A stretch of 64,000 bases of DNA from Thermodesulfobacteriota bacterium (lineage in GTDB: Bacteria > Desulfobacterota > Desulfobacteria > Desulfobacterales > C00003060). Shown in pieces: positions 37,686 through 46,873 of this stretch. The notes beneath the pieces were generated by a model that searched no databases, was not told the DNA's origin, and saw only the letters and a program-made list of their open reading frames with translations. The translations under genes and the position numbers were made by a program. The number at the start of each line of letters is the position of its first letter. The first letter of the stretch is position 1. Location of the stretch: the NCBI GenBank assembly GCA_034189385.1, contig JAXHVD010000003.1:142104-206103 (forward strand). Direction: 5' to 3'.

Positions 37686-38210
37686 TTGACGTCTTCTTTT
37701 CACCATACTCTTTTTCTTGCAGACCATCCCGTGGCCCGACCTAGGAGCCAGCCCTTATTGGCGGCCTGTAAAAAGAAAGGAAGAGTGACAGAAGGTAGAC
37801 TGTTTTTTCTTGTCGTCGTCTTGGCCCTGGCCTTCGCAGGATATGCAATGACGGTCTGCTCCTCTGAAAAAGAACCTGTCGCCGCGTCTGTTCTCCCCGA
37901 AGAAGGGTCGCCCGCGGGCGCCGAGACGGGGAGAGAGTATATGAAGATGGACGTTGAAGAGATGGATCTACTGGACTTCATTAAGGCCATAAGCGACATC
38001 ACCGGAAAAGACTTCCTTGTGAGTCCAAGAGTCACAGGCAAGGTGCGCGGGGAGGCTCTCAGGAAGATTCCTGTAGATGAAGCATACCAGGTCTTTCAAG
38101 CAGTGTTAGAGGTCCACGGCTTTACCACGGTGCCGGCAGGGAGCATTGTCAAGATCGTGCCCGCCTCAGAGGCTCGGGGAAAAGCAGTCGACACACAACA
38201 GGCCCGCTGA
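37686..38210 (+). CDS. stand-alone secretin (GspD/PilQ-type) N0 domain protein
   Basis: MDLLDFIKAISDITGKDFLVSPRVTGKVRGEALRKIPVDEAYQVFQAVLEVHGFTTVPAGSIVKIVPASEA matches the secretin N0 consensus I remember. The ORF stops after it. The start is uncertain. Confidence 0.6.
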   Translation: MTSSFHHTLFLADHPVARPRSQPLLAACKKKGRVTEGRLFFLVVVLALAFAGYAMTVCSSEKEPVAASVLPEEGSPAGAETGREYMKMDVEEMDLLDFIKAISDITGKDFLVSPRVTGKVRGEALRKIPVDEAYQVFQAVLEVHGFTTVPAGSIVKIVPASEARGKAVDTQQAR

Positions 38211-38598
38211 CATCCAGAAGATCGTCGTTAGGGCATCCTTTTCAGGGCCACCCAAATAGGACCACGGGCACTTGCGCTGACATGGACTGATGGGTCACTG
38301 CCTTAAGGGGACACTGCGAAGTAGTCATTCAATCAAGCGCTTCTTCGTTGAGGAGAACAATCCCCATCGTGTCGATGGAGTCCCATATGGACCGGCTGTT
38401 GCCCAAAGGGATATGTCTTCGACGGGTTCATGGAGTCCCTTGTCGCCCCCTTTCCGTCCCTTGTTAGGCCATCACCGCTTCGTTGGATCATTTCACACGG
38501 TCGTGCTCTTGACAAACCCCAGGCCGGTACATAGCTTCCATTAGATAATTGAGAAACAGTTTCAATAATCGGCCCCCAGGCCAGTCTCATGGAAGGGG

Positions 38599-39096
38599 GT
38601 GAAGAGCATGACAGAACAAACAACAACTGCAACAGGAACCCTTGAAGAAGGGATGTCTGCATTCACAAAGGGGAAGTTCAACGAGAGTATATGTGACCTT
38701 TCAAAAGCCATCAGGCTCGACCCCAACAAAGAAGTCGCCTACCTCACCCGTGGGGTTGCATATATGAAGACGGACAGACCAAACCTGGCCATAGATGATT
38801 TTGACAAGGCCATCGAACTCAACCCGGGCCATCGGCGGGCGTATCACCTTAGAGGCCATGCGCACTACGTCATGGGAAACAGGAAAAGAGCTTTACAAGA
38901 TTTTGGCAAGGCGATCGAACTAGATCCCGAATATGGAGCCGCCTATTTGAGCAGGGCAAATCTCCACACCGAGCTGGGACACGGCGAAAAGGCCGGGCAA
39001 GATATGGAGATGGCCCTTCTCCTTACAGAAAAGAATATGGGAACCTTTGCAAACGAAAACAACGTCTTGAGATGCAAGCACCGGGCTGGAGGCTGA
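38599..39096 (+). CDS. TPR-repeat protein
   Basis: Repeats of the form A.YLTRGVAYMK...AI.DFDKAIELNP are present three or more times. Confidence 0.8.
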   Translation: MKSMTEQTTTATGTLEEGMSAFTKGKFNESICDLSKAIRLDPNKEVAYLTRGVAYMKTDRPNLAIDDFDKAIELNPGHRRAYHLRGHAHYVMGNRKRALQDFGKAIELDPEYGAAYLSRANLHTELGHGEKAGQDMEMALLLTEKNMGTFANENNVLRCKHRAGG

Positions 39097-39147
39097 AGGC
39101 ATCGTGGGAAAAACTGAGAGGCGAGAAATAAAATAGGAAAGAGACGA

Positions 39148-39612
39148 TTATCTCTGATCTGCCACTTCCATGATGTGTCTGAAGACATCGGCCAGGGTGA
39201 CGACGCCCACGAGTCTGTCATCCTTCATCACAGGCATCTGCTTGATTTTTCTAAGGGTCAAGATCGAACCAGCCTTTAAAATGCTGGTCTCCTGATCCAG
39301 TGTCATGGCAGGAGCGCCCATCACTTCTCTGACCTTTATCTTCTTTACCTTTTCGATTCTATTCTGAATATAACCAAGATCCGACAAGTGCTTCTCGTCC
39401 TTATATATGTCAGGATACCTGGGGAGGACAGACCTGAATATATCCGCTCTGGTAATCACCCCGACGACACGATGATCATGGACCACAGGGGCCCCATTGA
39501 TGTCGTGCTCCTGTAATAAGCGTCCACATTCTTCTATGGTTAAATCTTCCTCCACCGTAATCACAGGAGACTTCATAATCTCGTCTATTTTCATTGTCCC
39601 TTTCCTTCCCAA
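39148..39612 (-). CDS. CBS-pair domain protein
   Basis: Two CBS motifs are present: IMKSPVITVEEDLTI..., and VVGVITRADIF / LVGVVTLADVF. Confidence 0.85.
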   Translation of the reverse strand: MGRKGTMKIDEIMKSPVITVEEDLTIEECGRLLQEHDINGAPVVHDHRVVGVITRADIFRSVLPRYPDIYKDEKHLSDLGYIQNRIEKVKKIKVREVMGAPAMTLDQETSILKAGSILTLRKIKQMPVMKDDRLVGVVTLADVFRHIMEVADQR

Positions 39613-39715
39613 TCGCTGTCAGTGACTGGAGACGCTCCAAAAACCCAGAACCTATTCTCACAAAGACACGGTTGCTTTTCAAAGGCACGGTATGTGCACT
39701 TGGTGGCAGCCTGGG

Positions 39716-40948
39716 TCAACGAGAGGCCGCATCGCTTTTAAAGGCATCGACGTTCTCTATGTGCGCTTCTTCCTCGGTGATGGTCGTAAGGGGCGGATCA
39801 TCAGCGATATCCATCCCCGGCACGTAATCAAAGACTCCCGTAAGCTCCCTGTTTACCATCTGGTAGAGCCTGGTCAGGGGAATTTCCATAGGACACACAT
39901 CTTGACACTGCCCGCAATTGACACAGGAGTCTGCCACATGAGCCAATCTGATTAAAGGAAACATGATATGGGGCGGCGTTTCTCCAGCTTGCACAAGATC
40001 TCTTGATGGCTCCAGGTAACAGTCCTGACAGTAACAGATGGGACACACATCCCTGCAACCAAAGCACTTGATGCACCTGTCAAGATATCTTAGCCAGTAT
40101 TGCAATCGATCCTCGTAGGGAAGCCATCTTAGGACATCCAGGTCCTTTTCTTGCCAGGTCTGGGCCAATTCAACGGCCTCTTGGTCTTCTTGTTCCCTTT
40201 CCTTTAAGGCTTCCTGATCAGGCGGCTCCGCGTGAAGGGCACCCGCTTCCAAGGCCTCTTCCATCAGGTTGGAGCCTTTCTCCGAGCATACTTCTATGAA
40301 CGTAGCCTGTTGGCCCTTTGTGCCCCACTTGCCACAAGCCAGATCAGCCATCCGAGGAATATTGAAGGCGCACCGCCTACAATTTTCTCTTCTGCCATAT
40401 CCCTGTTCCTCTAGCTCCTTTAGATCCCTTTCTTTTTTGCTCCCATCTGCGAGCGTGATGACAAGTTTTTTTGAATCAAGCTCCTCGCCCACCACGTCCT
40501 CAGGGTTGACCTGATATGCCTCTGAAATCATTCTTCTGGCAACGCCTGGCATCAATGTGCCCGTGCAGTTCAGGCCTATTAAGAGGAGATTCTCGGTATT
40601 GATTTGTCTCCTTTTCGCTAGCTCTATGATGGCACGGCAGTCACAGGGCTTGCAGGTCACTGCCACCTTCAGGTCTTGGGCACCGTTTAGATACTCCCTT
40701 ATCTCTTTGGCTACATTCACTGGAGCAACGTGCAGGGTCCCAGCACAGGTGATGACTTCGTCGGGATTCGATATGAGAGACACCACTCCATCATATCTGT
40801 TTCCATCTCTTTTTCGGACCGCCAATACGGCATCTACAATCTTACGCTCAAGGGCAAACTTCAGCAACGCAGTGACTGCACCACCTGATGCGCCCTTAGA
40901 CCGAATTTGCTCGTCAGTGGACCAAGCAAGATACATGTCGCCTTTCAT
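39716..40948 (-). CDS. FrhB/FdhB-family (F420-hydrogenase/dehydrogenase beta-like) Fe-S flavoprotein, putative formate dehydrogenase beta subunit
   Basis: Contains SKGASGGAVTALL, GLNCTG and ferredoxin motifs CIKCFGCRDVCP and CVNCGQCQDVCP. Its start is adjacent to the fdhA stop. Confidence 0.75.
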   Translation of the reverse strand: MKGDMYLAWSTDEQIRSKGASGGAVTALLKFALERKIVDAVLAVRKRDGNRYDGVVSLISNPDEVITCAGTLHVAPVNVAKEIREYLNGAQDLKVAVTCKPCDCRAIIELAKRRQINTENLLLIGLNCTGTLMPGVARRMISEAYQVNPEDVVGEELDSKKLVITLADGSKKERDLKELEEQGYGRRENCRRCAFNIPRMADLACGKWGTKGQQATFIEVCSEKGSNLMEEALEAGALHAEPPDQEALKEREQEDQEAVELAQTWQEKDLDVLRWLPYEDRLQYWLRYLDRCIKCFGCRDVCPICYCQDCYLEPSRDLVQAGETPPHIMFPLIRLAHVADSCVNCGQCQDVCPMEIPLTRLYQMVNRELTGVFDYVPGMDIADDPPLTTITEEEAHIENVDAFKSDAASR

Positions 40949-42978
40949 TATGATACCTTCTCTACCTTCACTGCACAGAACTTGAACTCCGGCATCTTAG
41001 ACGGAGGGCCTGCACAGGGTCCTGTCAAGACGTTTGGTGCGCATTCTGAAAAATGCCAAGGCACAAATATCAGGCCTTTCCTAATGTCTTCTGTTACCCT
41101 AGCCACTGTCTCTATCGTGCCTCTTCTGGATGTTAATCTCACCTGGTCTCCGTCTTGTATGGAGAGGGCCTGGGCATCTTCAGGGTTTATCTCTGCAAAT
41201 CCATGGGGCAGCTCATTGTTCAGGCGCCCAGTTCGTCTGGTCATGGTGCCTGAATGAAAATGGAATATCACCCTGCCATTTGTGAATATGTAAGGATACT
41301 CCTCATCTGGCACCTCCAAAGGGGGAGTGTATTCTGCAACCTGGAATTGTGCAAGACCGTCTGCGGTGGGGAATTTGCCAACAAACATGACCTCCGTCCC
41401 AGGATGATCCTCTGTGGGGCATGGCCATTGAATGCCGCTGGGATTTTTGAGCCTTTCATAGGTAATCCCCTTGTATTGAGGCACACATTTCCTGATTTCC
41501 TCAAAAATATCAGCCGGGCTCTGAAAACCAAAGGCCGCCTCAAAACCCATCCTCTTTCCCAATTCACAGAAAATGTCCCAATCCGGTCTTGCATCACCCG
41601 GCGGCGCCACGGCCTTGTAGAGCCTCTGAACCCTTCTATCTACCCCGGTCATGGTCCCGTCCTTTTCCACGGACGTCGCTGCAGGGAGCACAATGTCAGC
41701 CATTTTTGCCGTTTCTGTCATAAAGATATCCTGGACGACCAAGAAATCTTTGCTTTTCAGGGCCTGCCTGACGCTTGTCGTATCTGGCGCAGCCGACATG
41801 GGATTCGCCCCCACGATGTATAAGACTCTGCATTTTCCCACCATGTCCATGTAAGTCATTCCAGGGGTTGAAGGCAGATCCTTGACTCCCCAGAGGTCTT
41901 CAAAACGCCTGGCTGTTTCCTCATTCACCTTTTGAAATCCAGGGTAGAAAACTGGCAAGGGCCCCATGTCCCCAAAGCCCTCACCATTGGCATGACCCCT
42001 CAGGGGGTTTACGCCAGTACCCGGCCTTCCATAGTTTCCCGTCATGAGTGCCAAGTCCACCAAAGCCCTGATGTTCTCTATGCCTGCACCATGCTGGGCA
42101 ATGCCTGCATTGTATAAGATACAGGCTTTTTCGGCCTTCCCGTACATGAGTGCCGCCTCTTTGATCACATCAAGGGGGATCTCCGTGATGCGCTCTATTT
42201 CACGCAGATCCAGACTCTGCAAATAGCTCTTCAGGTCCTCAAATCCTTTTGTCCTCTCTTCTATGAACCCTTTATCCTCTAGCCCCTCATCCAAGATGAG
42301 CTTCATCATGCCGTTGACCAGGGCATTGTCCGTCGCAGGGTAGATCTGCAAGTACAGGTCTGCAAGGTTTCGAGCCGTGATCGTCCTTCGGGGATCTGCA
42401 ACGATCACCTTGGCCCCTTTACGCTTTGCCCGTATGATCCTGCGGGCAATGATGGGATAGGTTTCCTGGAGGTTGGGACCGGCCACAAAGATGCAATCCG
42501 CCTGCTCAATACTGATAGTGGACGTTGGCATCACGCCTGAGCCCACTGTGGAAAGCAAGGCGGGCACTGAGGTAGAATGGCAGAACCTGGAGGCATTATC
42601 CATGTTGTTTGTCTTCTTAACGACCCTGACAAACTTCTGAATGACATAGAGATCTTCGTTTGTACACTTTGCAGAATTGATGAAGCCCACCTCATCGGAA
42701 GCCGTGCTGCCCAATTTGTCTGCGATCACCGAAAGGGCAGCATCCCAGGAGGTCTCCGCAAAGACACCGTCTCGTTTTACTAACGGCCTTACCAGCCTTT
42801 GATCACTCGTTGAACAGGCATGGGCGTTTCTTCCTTTCTGGCAGTTTTTGCCCTCACATACGGGATGCCCCTTCCACGGCTCCATGCCCACCAACTCGCC
42901 GTCTTTTACTACCAAGTAGATGCCACATCCGCAGCCGCAGTAAGGGCAAATAGTCGGTACGTGTTCAATGGATGTCAT
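40948..42978 (-). CDS. fdhA: formate dehydrogenase catalytic (molybdopterin) subunit, Cys-type
   Basis: The N-terminal 4Fe-4S motif is CPYCGCGCG. The active-site region is NASRFCHSTSV, with Cys where Sec-type FDH enzymes have U. The C-terminus has a MopB/molydop-binding domain. Confidence 0.85.
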   Translation of the reverse strand: MTSIEHVPTICPYCGCGCGIYLVVKDGELVGMEPWKGHPVCEGKNCQKGRNAHACSTSDQRLVRPLVKRDGVFAETSWDAALSVIADKLGSTASDEVGFINSAKCTNEDLYVIQKFVRVVKKTNNMDNASRFCHSTSVPALLSTVGSGVMPTSTISIEQADCIFVAGPNLQETYPIIARRIIRAKRKGAKVIVADPRRTITARNLADLYLQIYPATDNALVNGMMKLILDEGLEDKGFIEERTKGFEDLKSYLQSLDLREIERITEIPLDVIKEAALMYGKAEKACILYNAGIAQHGAGIENIRALVDLALMTGNYGRPGTGVNPLRGHANGEGFGDMGPLPVFYPGFQKVNEETARRFEDLWGVKDLPSTPGMTYMDMVGKCRVLYIVGANPMSAAPDTTSVRQALKSKDFLVVQDIFMTETAKMADIVLPAATSVEKDGTMTGVDRRVQRLYKAVAPPGDARPDWDIFCELGKRMGFEAAFGFQSPADIFEEIRKCVPQYKGITYERLKNPSGIQWPCPTEDHPGTEVMFVGKFPTADGLAQFQVAEYTPPLEVPDEEYPYIFTNGRVIFHFHSGTMTRRTGRLNNELPHGFAEINPEDAQALSIQDGDQVRLTSRRGTIETVARVTEDIRKGLIFVPWHFSECAPNVLTGPCAGPPSKMPEFKFCAVKVEKVS

Positions 42979-43411
42979 GAGCGCCTTCTCTCTCTATCCT
43001 TTGTGACAGAGGGTTTGGTCCAATGCCTCTTGCCTCTTCTACAAAGTCCCTGACCAATTGCGCAAATTGCGGACCCTCCGATGCGGATACCCAGGCCAGG
43101 CGCAATCTGGCCGGATCGATACCCACACATTCCAGCAATTTCTTCGTCATCAAGACCCGTCTTCTTACGTGCAGATTACCTTCCAGGTAATGACATTCAC
43201 CCGGATGTCATCCCCCCACAAGCACGGCATCTATGCCCTGAGTCAGTGCCTCCAAAATCATGACAGGATCAATTCTCCCAGTACACATGACCCGGATCAC
43301 CCGGATGTTGGGGGGATATTGGAACCTGGAAACGCCAGCCAGATCGGCTCCGGCGTAAGAACACCAGTTGCACAGAAAGGCTATTAATTTGGGTTCAAAT
43401 GAACTTGACAT
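42965..43411 (-). CDS. mvhD: MvhD/VhuD-like (methyl-viologen-reducing hydrogenase delta) protein with selenocysteine (TGA at 43208-43210)
   Basis: ORFs 43208..43444 and 42965..43153 are in one frame. The joined context is [25 protein letters not shown], compared with the conserved GCHxGDCHY motif. The start is ATG 43411 or 43444. Confidence 0.8.
43175..43191 (-). promoter_or_regulatory. SECIS-like hairpin after the mvhD UGA
   Basis: Minus strand: AUUACC-UGGAA-GGUAAU, a 6-bp stem with a GG-containing loop, starting 16 nt after the UGA. Confidence 0.45.
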
Positions 43412-43516
43412 TGTCAGAAACCCCCGTCTTTCTCCTAAGGCCATGTAGAATAGGCTGAAAGGTGGACCTTGAAGAAGGGAACGTTTTTTCTGCTGCTTTT
43501 GGATTTCAGCTTTTCT

Positions 43517-46500
43517 CTAAACAACAGCATGAATTTGTGCCCTGATTTGATGTTGACTAAAATGACACATATCAACGGCTTTTGACGGACAGCTCGCAGC
43601 ACAAAGGCCGCAACCCTTACAGGATGCAGTAATGTTTTCAGCCTTCATTTCACCATGAAGCTCCACTAGGTGGATGGCATCGAAGGGACACACCCTTTCA
43701 CAGATGCCGCATCCATTGCACATATCCGTATTCACCACAGATACAATGGGCTCGATCTCCACTGCATCTTTCATTAAGATATTTGCAGCCCGGGCAGCAG
43801 CGGCTTTGGCCTGGGCAATAGACTCCTCAATCGGTTTAGGATATTGACAAAGCCCTGCCAAGAACAGGCCTTGAGTGGCAAAATCAACGGGCCTGAGCTT
43901 CATATGGGCCTCCAAGAAGAAGCCTTCTTCGGTGGTGGACACTTTATAGAGTTTGGAAAGGGCCATGTTGTCATTTGGTAAAATGGCAGTGGCAAGGCAG
44001 ATCATGTCTGGAAGGATTTCAAGGGGTCTTTGCAACACGTGGTCCGTAATCCTCAGCTTGAGTCTGCCATTTTTCCTCTCAACCGTAGGTTCATTTCCCA
44101 GGTTGTAGCGAATGAACAGCACGCCTTTGGCTCTGGCCTCTGTGTACAACTCCTCCCTGTCCCCAAAGGTCCTGATATCCCGATAGAGGATATATATACG
44201 CATATGGGGATTGAGCCGTTTCAGGGCCAACGCACTGACCATAGAATGGGTGCAGCAAACCTTACTACAATAGGGTCTTTCAGGTATTCTGGATCCTACG
44301 CACTGGATGAAGACAACGCTCTTGGCGTTGCTGATCCGTTTACTACGGCCCACGATCTCTTGATCAAGTTCCAGGGGCAGCAATACATCTGGGTCTCTTC
44401 CATATAGATATTCCCTGGGCTTATAGGGTTTGCCGCCAGTCGTCATGATGACTGCCCCGTGCTGCAATTCTGTCTCTTTGCCCTCCTCGTCAAGGAGCGT
44501 GGAGGAAAACCCTCCCACAAAACCAGAGGCGTCCTTGATGGTTGTCCGAAGCCAAAGAGTGATCAATGGATGCTCACGGACCTTTTTGATGAGGTCTTCT
44601 ACATAAGCCCTTATATCTTCGCCTTTATAGGTGGTGTCAAGATGGAGGGCCTGACCGCCCAGTCTATTCTCTTTTTCGACGAGATCGGTCTTGAACCCTT
44701 GCTCAGCCAGACTTAAAGCGCTCACCATGCCTGCCACGCCCCCACCGATCACCAACCCCTGGTGGTTGACCGGTACAGATATGTCCGCCAGCGGCCTGAT
44801 GAGCCTTGCCTTGGCCACAGCCATTCTGACGAGGTCTTTGGCCTTTTTGGTAGCTGCATCCGGCTGTTCCATGTGGACCCAGGAGCATTGATCACGGATA
44901 TTTGCCATCTCAAAGGTGTATTTATTCAAACCGGCCTCGCGGAGTGTTTCTCTAAACAGGGGCTCATGGGTCCTTGGCGTGCAGGAGGCAACGACCACCC
45001 GGTTAAGGTCATATTCTTTGATGTGTTCCCTTATCCTGTTTTGGGTATCCTGGGAGCAGGTGAAAAGATTTCTATCTGCTACGACGACATTGGGAAGGGT
45101 CCGCGCATATTCAGTGACTTCAGGGACGTTGACCACGCCCCCAATATTGATCCCTCAATGGCAAACAAAGACGCCTATGCGCGGTTCCTGACCAAGGATC
45201 TCTTTTTCAACAGGATACTCCTTTTTCTTCACCAGCGTATTTCTTGCCGGCGCCAGGAGGCCCATGGCAGAATCGGCTGCAGCACTCGCCTCCATGACCG
45301 TACCTGGGATGTCCTTTGGTCCTTGAAATGCTCCGCACACATAGACCCCTGGCCTTGAAGTCTCTACAGGAGAAAGGCACTGCGTCTTTGCAAAAAGGTG
45401 GTTATCCAGCTCTATATGGAGCCGCTCAGCCAAAGCTTCAGCCTTGGCAGGAGGCATGAGGCCAATGGAAAGGACCACCATGTCAAATACTTCCTCTTTC
45501 CTCTCGCCTGTTTCACTGGCATAGACCAGCTTGAGGTCCCCACTGTCTGCCACGGGCTCTATGGAGTGTATCCTTGACCTGATAAACCGGACACCAAATT
45601 CATCCTTGGCCCGGTTATAGTACTTCTCAAAATCTTTGCCGTAGGTCCGCATATCCATGAAGAAGATGGCTGTATCTAATGGCAACGAGCTGTGTTCCTT
45701 GGAAATGACGGCCTCTTTGATGGCGTACATGCAGCACACAGCAGAGCAGTACCCTTGGTCACATTGGTTTATATTCCTTGAACCCACACATTGAAGCCAA
45801 GCGATCTTTTTCGGTTCTTTTTCGTCAGACGGGCGCACAAGGTGGGCCTTGTAAGGACCGGAGGCACTCAGAATACGCTCGAATTCCATGCTCGTGACCA
45901 CGTTGGGAAAGCGGCCATGCTGATAGAGATCATCGCCTGAAGGATCGTATGGCTCAAAACCTGGGGCCAGGATGATGGACCCAACATTTAGTTCGACTGT
46001 TTCATCTTCTTGAGAGTGATCGATGGCATCAGCAGCGCAAAACGCAGTACATATCTTGCATCCACCGGTCTTGAAGTGCATGCAGTATTCACGGTCGATT
46101 GCCGGCGCCTTTGGCACGGCCTGAGGATAGGGGATGTACACCGGTTTTCGTCCGATAAGCCCCATGTCATACTCAGAGGGAATAGGTTCAACGGTATGTT
46201 TGGTAATATCTTTTAGCTTGATGTGGCCAGTGGGACAAACCGACGCGCAAGCTCCGCAGGCCATACACAGTTCGGTCTGAATATGGAAAGGGGTATCCAC
46301 TCTCATATCCACACCCCTGCCGGTCAGGGTGATGGCACTGTTTCCCATCCTCTCGCAAACACGGACACAAAGACCGCAGAGGATGCAATCATCGTCCCTC
46401 TTCTTAAACCGCGGTTCCTTGATCCCATATCGCGCTGCCAGCTCCTTGACCGTAGGCACGTTCGGACAACGAGCAAGGAGGAGTTCCACGATCAGTTTTC

Positions 46501-46753
46501 GCCCCTCATGGACTGCATCGGTCTCCGTGCGAACCTCCATCCCTTCCTTGATGGGGTAGTTACATGCCGTGACGAAATTGGTCTTACGGCCATCAAAAAC
46601 CTCCACCGTACAAAGACGACACATCCCCGCAGGCCCAAGGGCCTTATGGTAGCATAAGGTGGGAATCTCGACCCCGTATCGTTCGGCCACCTGAAGGATG
46701 TATTCTCCTTCTTCTCCCTGGACGTCTTTTCCATTCAGCTTAAAATGTACCAT
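43517..46753 (-). CDS. hdrA: about 1078-aa fusion of a NuoG-like 2Fe-2S/4Fe-4S module, a partial HdrA module and a complete HdrA-like module, with selenocysteine (TGA 45155-45157)
   Basis: ORFs 45155..46753 and 43517..45136 share a frame. The junction reads [42 protein letters not shown], compared with the HdrA CHCGxNI motif. The N-terminus has LCYHKALGPAGMCRLCTVEV. GGGVAG FAD sites and terminal ferredoxin motifs are present. Confidence 0.8.
45123..45141 (-). promoter_or_regulatory. SECIS-like hairpin after the hdrA UGA
   Basis: Minus strand: GGGGCGU-GGUCA-ACGUCCC, a 7-bp stem with one G-U pair and a GGUC-containing apical loop like the E. coli fdhF SECIS loop. It begins 13 nt after the UGA. 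Confidence 0.6.
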
Positions 46754-46873
46754 GGATTACTCCCTGTTAACGCGCTGTTGCCCAAATCGCTTTTCGCTTT
46801 GGCTAAAACCTTTTTTGACAAATCTAAAGCTCACTCCAGGCGATGTCAAAACTCGCCCTTTTGGCTCTGCAAC

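Noticed and set aside
40948-42978. Possible selenocysteine in FdhA.
   Set aside because: The active-site region reads SRFCHSTS, with Cys, and the ORF is uninterrupted. This is a Cys-type enzyme.
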